In this document: positions 24,626-43,227 of the stretch, one piece after another
Numbering within the stretch: the first letter of the stretch is position 1
Layout: the number at the start of each line of letters is the position of its first letter
Assembly: GCA_964016885.1 (NCBI GenBank)
Contig: OZ024741.1
Span: 279,992,001 to 280,056,000 of the forward strand
Reading direction: 5' to 3'
Source: Eledone cirrhosa
Taxonomy: Eukaryota
Length of the DNA stretch: 64,000 nucleotides
The notes under the pieces: model-generated
Told to the model about the DNA's origin: nothing
Databases searched by the model: none
What the model saw: the letters and a program-made list of their open reading frames with translations, nothing else
Program-made: the position numbers and the translations under genes

Positions 24626-24781
24626 ATGGCGTATAAATACCGGGAAGAAATTGTCGGGAAAAGATTTTTATATGTTTCTGGTCCTGGAAAATTAAAACTT
24701 GCGAAAATTTCTGACTGGGAATGGCGGTCTGGTGTGGTACGAGCTGTTTCTGGCAAGGATACTACTAACGTAGAACTGTCT
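24626..24781 (+). CDS. JMJD1C: First coding exon (52 aa) of a JMJD1C/KDM3-family JmjC histone demethylase
   Basis: MAYKYREEIVGKRFL...WEWRSGVVRAVSGKDTTNVELS resembles the recalled human JMJD1C N-terminus (MAVETRAELVGKRFL..WRAGVIRAVSHRDSRNPDLA). Good Kozak context (GAAATGG) and a canonical phase-0 donor GTAAGT at 24782. Confidence 0.9.
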
Positions 24782-25065
24782 GTAAGTGATGAAAAAAAAA
24801 ATTATTGTTTTATTTTAGAAAGTCTTTAAAGAATACATGCTTTTGCTGTTAGATTTTAAAATTATTTTGTTCTGATTTTTCTCTTTTCCTTTTCTTTCTT
24901 TACGATTGTCTTAGTTCCTGTAAAGTTTCTGCTAATCTACATTATTTTTGAAGATTTTTTTCATTAAATATGACACTAACCGAGTTTTCCAAAATAAATA
25001 AAGAATTGGGTAACAAAACTCCCTCTGTCTCACTCACACACACATACATATACACACACACATAA

Positions 25066-25105
<40 letters not shown>

Positions 25106-27609
25106 GCACACAAAAAAGCACATTCAGGCACAATTGTCGCTGATTAGTAAAAATTGAGTGAAAACAACAATTTAAAGACCGTTTCGGAAGGTGGGTGAAA
25201 GAAATAAGTAGAAATGTCAAAGAGTTAACTATCAGTTTCTAAATATAAATCGCTTTGTCTTCTTTTGGTCTCTCTCATCCGAACATAATATAATACCCAA
25301 CTTATCTGATTTTTTATTCATTTACCTTCACTTATATATTAACACACAATAACAGAAAGAAAAAAAACCGTTTGTCATTCTAAGCTTTGTTTTTTTAATT
25401 ATTTAATTTCTCTCTTTCTCTTTCTTTCTGTGTAATTTATTCGCAATCCACGAAAACTGTCTAAAAGCTGGTCTGGTCATCAGTCGGTCGGTCAACCTCT
25501 CTGGCAATTGTATTTCATTTCAATTTATTTTTCATTTCGTTTTTAGTTGTTTTTAGTCATTGTTTTATAAACGAGCGTCTGCATTTGACAGGCAGAATGA
25601 AGAAACATTTTGAATTTAAAAAAAAAACAACTGGAAAACGATGTCGAGTGAATGTTAAGTGTGAAGTAGTGTGCGCGCGAGCGTATATGTGGATGAAACC
25701 ATTGCTTTTTGTTGAAACTGTATGTGTAGTGTATTGTATTGTATTGTAAAAAATAGTGTGTAACACACGTATGGATGCTTGCATTCTTCTCTCTCTCTTT
25801 TTCTTCCCCTTCACTTGCTGATCCATTTATACAGTCACTTCTTTCCTCTCCTGTATATTGTGTATATTTCCATTTATATATTTAACCTCTAGTCAGCCCC
25901 CAGATTCAGCGGAAAACAGATCTGTTATCAAAAGCGTTCCAGATGTGGCCAGACTGTTTTGGGGGATGAGGTGGGGGGTGATATCTAGGACTACATTGTA
26001 CACAATGTGTCCTTCCTTACTTAACTTAAAACGGTGGTATATGATTTAAGCGGGGTCGGGGGTTGTCTGTTATTTCTAGCATGTCGAGCAACCCTGTAGA
26101 GTTTCGCATTTGCTTATTCCATTCAACCATGTGTTGAGGGACCTATTTAAGTGGGCGACGTTGTACCGAACGATTTAAGATCCTTCACCACCACCACTTT
26201 CATCACCATCACTACTTAACTATCTATCATTTATTTCTTACACTGTTGCCACCATCTATTTTTTTTTCTTTCTTTTTGTAATTTGATTTATTTTTCATTT
26301 TATTTTCTCATCGTCTTTCTTTATTCTCCTACATCTCAGCGTTCTCCCCTTGTTTCTTTGCCACCACCACCACCTTGCTCTTTTCAATGCAACTTGCTTT
26401 ATCACCATCAACCTTTGTGTATTTTAGCACACTGTCTACTCTCTCTTCTACAACAACCCCCCCCCCCCCCCCGTCCCATCATTGTCTGTTACCGCGCTTG
26501 TCCCTTCAGCTCCATCTTACCGTCACCACTTGCCAAAATATGATTCTCTCTTCTCTTTCTTTCTCTCGCTAACTCTATTACTTTATATATATATTTATAT
26601 GTATATATGTATATATATATAGAGAGAAAGAGGATCATTTGTCGCTCAGTTCCTACGCTAGTATCAATTGATTTCTCGCTTTTTCTTTCTTCACAATCCA
26701 CCACCACTACCATTACTTTAATTTATCATTTGTCGTTCCCTCACTTCCATGCCGTCACCTGATTCTTTTCTTTGCTCCCCCAACCCCACCTCACCCAGTT
26801 TTCCTGTTTCAATTGATTTCCTCTCCCCACCCACCCATACATAACATACTTCACACGCTCTCCTACTTGTTCATTACTTCTCTCTCTTTCTTTCTCTCCA
26901 ATCTCCACCATCGACATCACCACTACAGTCGACAAACGATCCAACTCTACCTTACGTCGGCGCTCCACCTGCTAGAAATAACAGTCCAATCTCGCTCATA
27001 TCGCACCATACAATCATCATATAAATAAAGAAAAATGACACGGACGATGTAGTTTGATAGACTAAAAGAACAAAAACAAAAATAATAGGTGTGGCCTGGG
27101 GTTAAACAACAACAACCACTGCAGACGATTATATTTTTTCCTTCTCAAGCAGATTGCTTTATTCTCAGTAGAAAGTTCTCTTCAAACTCCCTGCTTGTTT
27201 GTTCCCCTACTCTTTTACTTTCGATAGAAACTCACTTTCACAACCGATTAAGTTTTACTTATTAGTCGTTGATGGCGGCGGTGGTGGAAGGCGTTGCAGA
27301 CGCGCTAAAATCTGTTGTAGACATTTAATATAATAGATAGATGGATGGATAAATTGATAGATGGATGTATGAATGTGTAGATGGATGAATGGATAGAAGG
27401 ATAGATAGACAGACTGACACCTTTTTATGAAAAGGGATACATCCACCCAAAATTGTCTATCTAGAAACCCTTTTGGCTTTTACAACTGTCTCCCTATTAT
27501 AAAACTGTAACAGAAACAATTTGTAAAGCCGTTTTATGTAACACTAAAATTCTTGTACCCCTTTATTTTCCTCTTTTTACCCTCTGATAAATATAAAGTA
27601 TATCCTCAC

Positions 27610-32182
<4,573 letters not shown>

Positions 32183-33074
32183 GATAAATCTACCAAGAGT
32201 TTACGGTAGTGTCCAATCCGTATGAAGAACTCAATATAATCCGGATATCATGGAAAGAAGAGATGCATTCAAAAATCACTTTCGGTGAAAGATAAACGGA
32301 ATACAGAGTCAATATATATATTCTTATATATATACACACATACATATATACATACACAAATATATTATTACATGTATATAGTGAAGCATACAAATTTAAA
32401 TGTTCCCCAAACTGGAAAGGTTCCCCCCACCTCACAATCTTTCATTTTTCCTAGAAAGTTTTGAATGTCACAACTTCCCTTTTCTTTTTGTAATAAATCT
32501 GAATCTTTATGTTTATATAAGGTAGTGACACTTTTACTAATTTCCTTATAGAATTCTCTCTCTCTTTCTCTTTCCTGACCAATTATGGCAAAGAAACTGG
32601 TATTTTTTAATCATTTGTTAAGACTTCTTGTTCATTATAAGCTTGGTTCTTAAATAGTTTTCGATAATTTATTATTGAAGTCTATATAAGTCTACATAGT
32701 CAATGTAAAAAAAGAAAGGGATGGGAATTTTGGCTTTGTGTCTGCTAGAAAATGTGTTACATTTATCATAAGAGCATCGAAATATAATTTCTTGGTTAGT
32801 GTATTTGTCCATACTGTCTTTGACCATATTGCCAAATAAATTTATCATCTTTGAAAACATTTTTCATTGTTTTCAATGTTGCTTCACGAAGAGAGGAAAT
32901 TAACATTTTGATTCTAAATCATCTATCTTGAAATTCATTCATAACTCATTTATTTCTATGCATTTTTTGTTGTTTTTCTTCGGGAAAATGTCTTTTTCGT
33001 GTTTTTTAATGCTTTTTAAATAACAATGGTATATATCAAATCTGATGATTTGCCGTTTTTAGAATATAGAAAGG

Positions 33075-33076
<2 letters not shown>

Positions 33077-33147
<71 letters not shown>
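33077..33147. repeat. (CT)n microsatellite
   Basis: Direct reading. Confidence 0.95.
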
Positions 33148-33151
<4 letters not shown>

Positions 33152-33434
33152 CTTAATATCGATTTAAACGAGATTTGAATTTGTGCTTTTATGATAAATA
33201 TATAAGAAATTTGCCTTCGTTTTTGCTCACATGTATGCATTTCTTTATCAGAATATAAAGTTTAATTTACAATTTCTTTTAGAATCGTTTAAACAGCAAG
33301 AAATATTCATATCTAACGGGTTTTTCCCTCTGTGTCAGCAGCGTACATCTCTTTATCTTCCCTAAAATGATTGAATGAGTATATTTTTAGAGGGAAGTGT
33401 AATATTGGCGTCAGAAAAGTGATAGTACTGCTTC

Positions 33435-33471
<37 letters not shown>

Positions 33472-33686
33472 GTATGTATGTATGTATATATATATATATC
33501 ACTCTCTCTCTCTCTCTCAGTTATATATATATATATATAATTATTCTAAAATATATAAGCACCACGGTTAAGCTTAAACCTTTTGGAAACGTGTTCAAGC
33601 TTGACTGAAAACGTCTACGCTGTTTTCTTTAAAGCATCGAGTACTAAGTTGAATAACGGCCTTACTAGTCTCAATTAGTCACATAC

Positions 33687-33815
33687 ACATACATACACGC
33701 ACACACAAAGAAGTGCTAGCATACATACGCACACTTATAGAGAAGTGCTAGCATACATACACAATTTATAGAGAAGTGCTAGCATACATACGCACACTTA
33801 TACAGAAGTGCTAAC
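33687..33815. repeat. About 32-bp tandem repeat, 4 copies (CATACATACGCACACTTATAGAGAAGTGCTAG)
   Basis: Direct reading. Confidence 0.85.
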
Positions 33816-34700
33816 ATATTTAATCTTTTCTTGCGTAAGATTCAAATAAAAGTGATGTTATGGGTGGTGGGAGAGGGGGGGGAGACAACTGGGAGTTTTG
33901 GAATCAACTACTTTCTCTCCTTTCACTCGCTTCCAATTAGGAAGAAGCTAGCGAAAATGTGTGCACACTTGTGTGTAATATTTTCTGGAACAGTTAGTTG
34001 GGTCGCCAATCAGAATGTATTCCTATCGACACACCTACTGAACTGGGTTTGCTGCTGTACTGGCTGATAGTTGTAACCTATTTATTTACATGTTTATCAA
34101 TCTTATTTCTTTCAAACCCCACCCTCATCCTCTTTCAACATTGTCCAGAGTTTATATTCAGAACATAGGCTCTTGTACAAAAAAAGAAAGAAAGCAGTGT
34201 CATTGTGTAAGATGAAAAGATCTTTGCTTCTTAAAAATAAATACTACATAGTTGTATGTTTATATGAATAAGTTAACTAATCTAAGACAGTTCTCTCTTT
34301 GTTAGTTGTCAAATCCCTTCAATGTAATAAAGAACAGGTGAAAACTGTGTTCTTCGGACGTTTTAGCGAATTTTTTTTCTTTAAAACTTCTTTTCTTATT
34401 TATTTCTCCCCGTTTTAAGTAATAATTTCGGGTTATGAACTTGGTGAGATAATTGCATTTAAGTTGCTTGTTTGCATTCTATTCTTGAGTATAAAAAAAA
34501 TCTTGTAAAATTAAATTCTCTCTCTCAAATATATATACATATATATTAAACTTAAGCCAAAACCTAATTTTGGTGGGGATTCAAGTCAAATCAGCTATAA
34601 AAAAAAGAAGTCTATTTTAACTAATAATGTCCCTTACCATGGTTTCTGAAACTCAGAAAGTGCGATGCCTGCGTATTAGAGAGTTAACTTTAAAGAGTTA

Positions 34701-34770
<70 letters not shown>

Positions 34771-35045
34771 ATGATTACACCATATTACCTTGATTGCTTA
34801 GATCAACCAACGCGAATTATTGAACCGAATATATATATATATATAAGTGTGTGTGTGTGTTGTAGATGTGTGCGCGCGTAAATATATATATATATATATT
34901 ATTTTTGAAAAGCATTAGAAATGCGCAACCGGTAGAACTTAAAACCAAAACTGAATACTAACCAATACTATTACTAATTCTCACTTATTCCTAATTAAAC
35001 TATTTTTCACTGTGAACAATTTGTCAGCATTTTCTTTTCCGTTTA

Positions 35046-35113
<68 letters not shown>

Positions 35114-36511
35114 GTATATACATATGTGTGTGTAAACCTTGTTATTTTTCATTTGAATCTTTTCTTAAACTAGTAAAATTTTAGATATACTGGCATTTTT
35201 CTCTCTGCTGTGTAAAATTGTGCGTGTATAGCATTAAAGTTTGGATGTTAAGAAATTGATATGATCCTTTACATTTCCTCTTTCAAAATCAAAACTTGTT
35301 CGTGATAAAATCCCCGTTTTATTTTTCAAAATCGATTTTTTATAAATTTGAAAAATAAATAAATAAAAGTGAAAGAGATATAGAGAGAAAACAAGTGCAT
35401 TTATTATAAATAAACCTGAAACGAAGCTGGTATACGAGTAGCTGAGATGAACTGTGAACATTCTAAAATTTCATATGTTAAGATACGTTTAGATTTAGAA
35501 AACCTAATTGATTCATGCTTTGAACTAAACCATCCAAAGGTGAAAAAAATCGATACCTTTACGCATTTGTTCCTCTGTTGTATCATAAAATTCTGGTTTC
35601 ATGTACAAGGTGTTCTAAAATTGATGCTATATTTTCTGTATTAAATTACTACACATTATTTTTTTTTTTTACTTCACACTTGTTCAGGTAGTAAAAATAA
35701 ATTGTCTAGTTTTAATCATTAGAGGCTACCACAAGTTTTTTGTTGTTTATGTTTTTGACTGGCATTAGAAATGTATTATTGAAGACTATCTGCATAATGT
35801 ATGCTTACCTCTCTTTCTTACATCAATTTATTAAATTATTCATTTTATAGATATTTAAGAGTAACAGGATCGTATATGAAAGTTATAATTTTCTAATGTA
35901 TCTTTCTTTCTCCCTTAGAAAGAAATTAGGGATAAATTTAACCAGTTATTATAATCGTGACTAGTTTTGTGTTTAATTCAATGTATCCTAGTTGCTAAAA
36001 ATGTTGATCGAGCAAATTAGGTTAGCTTTCAGTTAGTTGTCAAATATTTCCCTATTGTTCCAGTGGGTGGGGGGAAATAGGTGAAATGGTGTCAATAAGA
36101 TCCCTTTTTCTAAACCAGGTGACTCAAGACTATTGTACCCAGTTTTAAGCATGTGATTGACACATTGTTTAGCTTTACTTGAAGTAGTAGATTTTATTCC
36201 TGACAACCAAAAAGAAACTAATGTACGTTTAACAGTTTGTAAAACAGGAGGGGAAAAAACAGTTTTGTAAAGAAAATTGCATATTTTAATTAACATGAAT
36301 AAAATGCAAAGTTAGTCAAAAAGCCCCCTTGATGCTTCTAAAATAAAGATAAAAACGATAACTGTTAGAGATAGTTTAAAAGATGAAACATACTGCAATA
36401 GTCTGCATAAATTATCTCTGAAATTGAAGGGGAGGAGGAGTTTGTAGCAGCAACAATGTGAATTCTTTAACATAGATAAGTGTTTAAAAGAAATAGCACA
36501 TTGAATTCTAA

Positions 36512-36560
<49 letters not shown>

Positions 36561-36964
36561 GTGTGTGTGTGTGTGTGTTTATTGGGAGATGACTGTAATA
36601 GTATTGAAATTAGACTATTAAACATTTATCACCTGAAAAACTAATTCTGGGAGCTTGACAATGTTCTCACATGTTCAAAGGTTTATATTAAAAGTTTAAC
36701 TTAGGGCTAGCTATCAAATTTAATTTTTATTCAGTTATAACCTTAATCGGAAAATATTTTTTAAAAATTGCATACCAGCTAGATTATTTTACTTCAGGAA
36801 TTATGTGATGAATTTGTGTGTGCGTGTTTCCCTCTTTGAATTTAGCTAAGTGGGTTTGATGGTTATTTAAATGTTTAAAATAATTTACGTATTTCAAAAA
36901 GATATAGTTACCAAAATTATATTCATAGATTTTTAAAACTAACTGCAATCGTTTGAAGATGAGA

Positions 36965-37038
<74 letters not shown>

Positions 37039-37062
37039 GTATGTATTTATATATATATATAT

Positions 37063-37093
<31 letters not shown>

Positions 37094-37109
37094 TTATATA
37101 TATATATAT

Positions 37110-37140
<31 letters not shown>

Positions 37141-37202
37141 TTATATATATATATATATGTATTTATATATATATATATATATTATATATATATATATATA
37201 TG

Positions 37203-37242
<40 letters not shown>

Positions 37243-37290
37243 GTATGTATTTATATATATATATATATATTATATATATATATATATATG

Positions 37291-37330
<40 letters not shown>

Positions 37331-37358
37331 GTATGTATTTATATATATATATATATAT

Positions 37359-37392
<34 letters not shown>

Positions 37393-37516
37393 ATATATAT
37401 ATATGTATTTATATATATATATATATGTATTTATATATATATATATATATTATATATATATATGTATTTATATATATATATATATATGTATTTATATATA
37501 TATATATATATGTATT

Positions 37517-37548
<32 letters not shown>

Positions 37549-37631
37549 ATATGTATTTATATATATATATATATTATATATATATATATGTATTTATATA
37601 TATATATATATTATATATATATATATGTATG

Positions 37632-37726
<95 letters not shown>

Positions 37727-37744
37727 TTATATATATATATGTAT

Positions 37745-37795
37745 CATCATCATCATCATTTTACGTCCGCTTTTCCCTGCTTGCAGGGGTGGGAC
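37745..37795 (-). mobile_element. Extremely 5'-truncated RTE (or partner SINE) insertion with a possible GTAT target-site duplication
   Basis: (CAT)nTTTACGTCCGCTTTTCCCTGCTTGCAGGGGTGGGAC matches 12045-12095; GTAT at 37741-37744 and 37796-37799. Confidence 0.85.
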
Positions 37796-37824
37796 GTATT
37801 TATATATATATATATGTATGTATT

Positions 37825-37855
<31 letters not shown>

Positions 37856-37856
37856 G

Positions 37857-38104
<248 letters not shown>

Positions 38105-38316
38105 TATATAATATGTATGTATTTATAAATATATATATAATATATAATATGTATGTATTTATATATTATATATATATATATATATGTATGTATTTATATA
38201 TATATATTATATATATATATGTATTTATATATATATATTTTATATATATATATATGTATGTATTTATATATATATATATATTATATATATATATATGTAT
38301 GTATTTATATATATAT

Positions 38317-38347
<31 letters not shown>

Positions 38348-38389
38348 TTATATATATATTATATATATATATATATGTATGTATTTATA

Positions 38390-38435
<46 letters not shown>

Positions 38436-38641
38436 TTATATATATATATATATATATATATGTATTTATATATATATATATATAATATATATATATATAT
38501 ATGTATTTATATATATATATATTATATATATATAATATATATGTATTTATATATATATTATATATATATATATATATGTATTTATATATATGTATTTATA
38601 TAATATATAAGATCAAAAGATGGTTAAAGGAGTTCCATGTA

Positions 38642-38708
38642 TTTTATTATGCGCATTTCAAAAACAAACATCATCATGCTATAATATTTGTGTTTTCATC
38701 AGATAAAA
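38642..38708 (-). ncRNA. Type I hammerhead ribozyme (left arm of the palindrome)
   Basis: UUUUAU-CUGAUGA-[long AU-rich stem II]-GAA-AUGCGCAU-A^AUAAAA; palindromic stem III. Confidence 0.72.
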
Positions 38709-38836
38709 CAGGAGGACATGATATGAAGGCTAAAAAAACACTTGTGGAGAGTGCAGTTTTAAATCAACATATCATATGTTGATTTAAAACTGCACTATCC
38801 ACAAGTGTTTTTTAGCCTTCATATCATGTTCTCCTG

Positions 38837-38903
38837 TTTTATCTGATGAAAACACAAATATTATTGCATGATGATGTTTGTTTTTGAAATGCGCTTAATA
38901 AAA
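38837..38903 (+). ncRNA. Type I hammerhead ribozyme (right arm; one stem III substitution)
   Basis: UUUUAU-CUGAUGA-[stem II]-GAA-AUGCGCUU-A^AUAAAA. Confidence 0.62.
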
Positions 38904-39384
38904 TACATGGAACTCCTTTAACCATCTTTTGATCTTATATATTATGTATACTCCAGTCCTACAAACTGTAGAGTGCTTCTTATCCGATATCTGCATTGCT
39001 TTATTGTACTACAATAAAACTCACCTCCTACATATGTATTTATATATATATATTATATATATATATATGTATTTATATATATATATATATTATATATATA
39101 TATATGTATTTATATATATATATGTATTTATATATATATATATATTATATATATATATATTATATATATATATATATATGTATGTATTTATATATATATA
39201 TTATATATATATATATATGTATGTATTTATATATATATTATATTTATATATATGTATGTATTTATATATATATATTATATATGTATGTATTTATATATAT
39301 ATATTATATATGTATGTATTTATATATATATATATATTATATATGTATGTATTTATATATATATATATATATTATATATATATG

Positions 39385-39421
<37 letters not shown>

Positions 39422-39684
39422 TTATATATATATATATATATTATATATATATATATGTATTTATATATATATATATTATATATATATATATGTATTTTTA
39501 TATATATATATATTATATATATATATATATGTATGTATTTTACTCTTTTACTCTTTTACCTGTTTCAGCCATCCGGCTGAGGCCATGCTGGGGCACCGCC
39601 CTTGAGATAATTTATATATATTATATATATATATGTATGTATTTATATATATATTATATATATATATATATATGTATTTATATA

Positions 39685-39807
<123 letters not shown>

Positions 39808-39915
39808 ATGTATTTATATATATATATGTATTTATATATATATATGTATTTATATATATATATGTATTTATATATATATATATATTATATATATATGTAT
39901 TTATATATATATATG

Positions 39916-39964
<49 letters not shown>

Positions 39965-39971
39965 TTATATA

Positions 39972-40009
<38 letters not shown>

Positions 40010-40016
40010 TTATATA

Positions 40017-40056
<40 letters not shown>

Positions 40057-40168
40057 TTATATATATATATATATATTATATATATATGTATGTATTTATA
40101 TATATATATATATATGTATTTATATATATGTATGTATTTATATATATATATATATGTATGTATTTATA

Positions 40169-40249
<81 letters not shown>

Positions 40250-40297
40250 TAAGAGAGTAAAACAAAGAAGCCTTCAATACATCAAAAGTCTTTATTA

Positions 40298-40335
40298 GCC
40301 GACAATGTTTCGTCCTATTAAGGACTCATCAGGGC
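40298..40335 (-). ncRNA. Minimal type I hammerhead ribozyme
   Basis: GCC-CUGAUGA-GUCC-UUAAUA-GGAC-GAA-AC-AUU-GU-C^GGC followed by AAUAAA; predicted cut between 40301 and 40300. Confidence 0.82.
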
Positions 40336-40594
40336 AATTCAAACAACAAGAAGTAATAACGGCAGATACAAGCCAGAAGCTCCGAAGAATATGGAGTGTA
40401 CATATACTAAAGTATCGCTTCTTTGTTTTACTCTCTTAATTTTTCGGCTCTGTTTAACTACATTGAGCTATATCCTTTTACTGTCATTTCTATAATACGA
40501 AGAGGGTGTTTAACTCCAACACGCTCCAGTATTTTAACCTTTATATATATATGTATGTATTTATATATATTATATATATATATGTATGTATTTA

Positions 40595-40678
<84 letters not shown>

Positions 40679-40683
40679 TTATA

Positions 40684-40725
<42 letters not shown>

Positions 40726-40771
40726 TTATATATATATTATATATATATATATATATATGTATGTATTTATA

Positions 40772-40813
<42 letters not shown>

Positions 40814-40859
40814 TTATATATATATTATATATATATATATATATATGTATGTATTTATA

Positions 40860-40903
<44 letters not shown>

Positions 40904-40974
40904 TTATATATATATTATATATATATATATATGTATGTATTTATATATATATTATATATATATATATATGTATG

Positions 40975-41015
<41 letters not shown>

Positions 41016-41113
41016 ATAGTATATTATGCATACTCCAGTCCTACAAACTGTAGAGTGCTTCTTATCCGATATCTGCATTGCTTTATTGTACTACAATAAA
41101 ACTCACCTCCTAC

Positions 41114-41175
<62 letters not shown>

Positions 41176-41222
41176 TTATATATATATATTATATATATAT
41201 ATATGTATTTATATATATATAT

Positions 41223-41254
<32 letters not shown>

Positions 41255-41255
41255 G

Positions 41256-41393
<138 letters not shown>

Positions 41394-43177
41394 GATACAT
41401 AGGCAGGCAGGCGCGTGTACCCACGCACTCAGGCACACGCACAAGCAATAAGACAAGCGCAACTTATTTCAAACTACTTTCTCTTTCTCAATATATAAAA
41501 GATTCAACATGAAAGATTTCTATTTGCCAATCTTGTCATTCTGGTGTACTACTGTGCGCTAGTAAACACTGAACTAAAGTCTTAACCTACTACTGCTTCT
41601 ATTAAAGCATTATTAAAACCCCCACTGCCTCTGTCTATTGTATTGTCCCCTTTTTCTTGGCCCTTGTGGCAAATAAAAATAAATAGTTATTACCAGTGTA
41701 GCTACTACTACAACTACTTCTACTGTTACTACTACTCGCCCGCATTTGCCAATACCATTGAAACTACTACACTATACCATTCCTCAATGTTACAACTGAT
41801 GAAACTACTACAAAATATACTATAAATCCTACTAAAAATATTATGGCTTTCTTTTTTTTATATTTTTTAAAATCGTAAAAGAAATATTTTTCGTGCATGA
41901 GTGTTTTTTTTCTGTTATGCAAGTTACCTTGTCTAGTTACTACTAAAAAACGACATCAAAAATACCTTTGTATGGTTATTCAAATTCTGTAAAGCTATTT
42001 TTTCTATGTTATATATCTATTATATATATAATATATATACAGTAATGCTGATCAGAGCTAACTTATTAATTTTAATAAGTAAAATATCGAAAGTGATGAC
42101 GTTGTGCTTGAAATGACATATGCTATTTTGGTATAGCACATCAAGCTGTCTCGAGCTTATTCAACTGGTTGAGGTCATTGACTTATACGAGTTCTCACTA
42201 TTATCGTATGCGATACCTATATATACGATTTCCATTGATTGCTACGACAGTAGTCATTTGCATATTATATTTGTACAATAAAAGCTGAGAATTTCAAACG
42301 AAGATAAAACATTTTTTTAAACTGCTAATTTTGATGAATTTAAATTTATAGTTATATCAACAATAAATAAATAAATGCTATTAAAATGTGTTACTGCAAG
42401 TAACAAACCTATATGTGTTTGTGTTTCTGTCTGTGTTTCTATTCAAAATCAAATTTTAGTAAAAGAAATTCATGTAATAAATATATTTGTTAATGTATTA
42501 AAGGTGTAGTAGGTTGCCTTGGCGCATTGTGGAATATTAAGTTGTCTGGCTTAATTTGTATTTCTAAAGAAATTATATAATAATGAAGAAATTTATTTGC
42601 ATAAAATACTCAAATATATTTCTAGGATAAAATGATATAAAATTACTTACAAATAATGAAGAATTTAATATTTAGTCAAACATATAGAAAAAGAAAGTAG
42701 GACTATACATGCTATAAATGAGGGGTTTATTAAACGGATTATTAAACGACAAAAGAAAGAATTGTAACAATGTTTTTCAGATGTTATTTAGTATTATAAT
42801 TTTACTGAAATTACAAAAAGTTTTTAAATGTCATGTATTATTAGGTTATCAGGTTATGTAAGAAACGTATATTAATTTTAATATCCATGTGCATTTTATT
42901 TTGTTAGTTTTATTAGTTTTGGGCGACGGGGCATGGATTTTCATAAAACATCGCACTAAAAATGTAATAACTTACTAATTATGTTTTTATTTATATATTT
43001 ATTATTTTAAAAATATACTAATATCTGTAATTGAATAGTTAGTGGAATTTTTTATCTTTTTCTTTTATCTTAAAAAGGCGAACAAATTTTTTTAAATTCC
43101 ATCTTAGAAATATGTAATTGAAGATTGCATATATATATATATATATATATATACGTGTGTGTGTGTGATCAGACATT

Positions 43178-43227
43178 TCTTGTCTGATGACCCTGTGATA
43201 AACAGGTGAATCTCCAGAGCAACAAGA
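43178..43227 (+). ncRNA. Degenerate hammerhead ribozyme relic
   Basis: UCUUGU-CUGAUGA-C-CCUGU-GAUAA-ACAGG-U-GAAU-CUC-CA-GAG-CA-ACAAGA. Three stems are intact but the core has GAAU and CA in place of GAAA and UH. Confidence 0.6.

Larger units (their letters stand above)
38600..38945. mobile_element. 346-bp near-perfect palindrome made of two inverted HHR-bearing Penelope-like repeats
   Basis: Arms pair around centre 38773 with about 4 mismatches and 1 indel. Confidence 0.85.

Noticed and set aside
24782-24829. C-terminal 15 codons of the 67-aa ORF
   Set aside because: Read-through beyond the GTAAGT donor; similarity to JMJD1C stops at the splice site
42090-42290. C/D-box snoRNA (GTGATGA ... 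CTGA)
   Set aside because: Boxes are far apart, and no terminal stem or recognisable guide is visible
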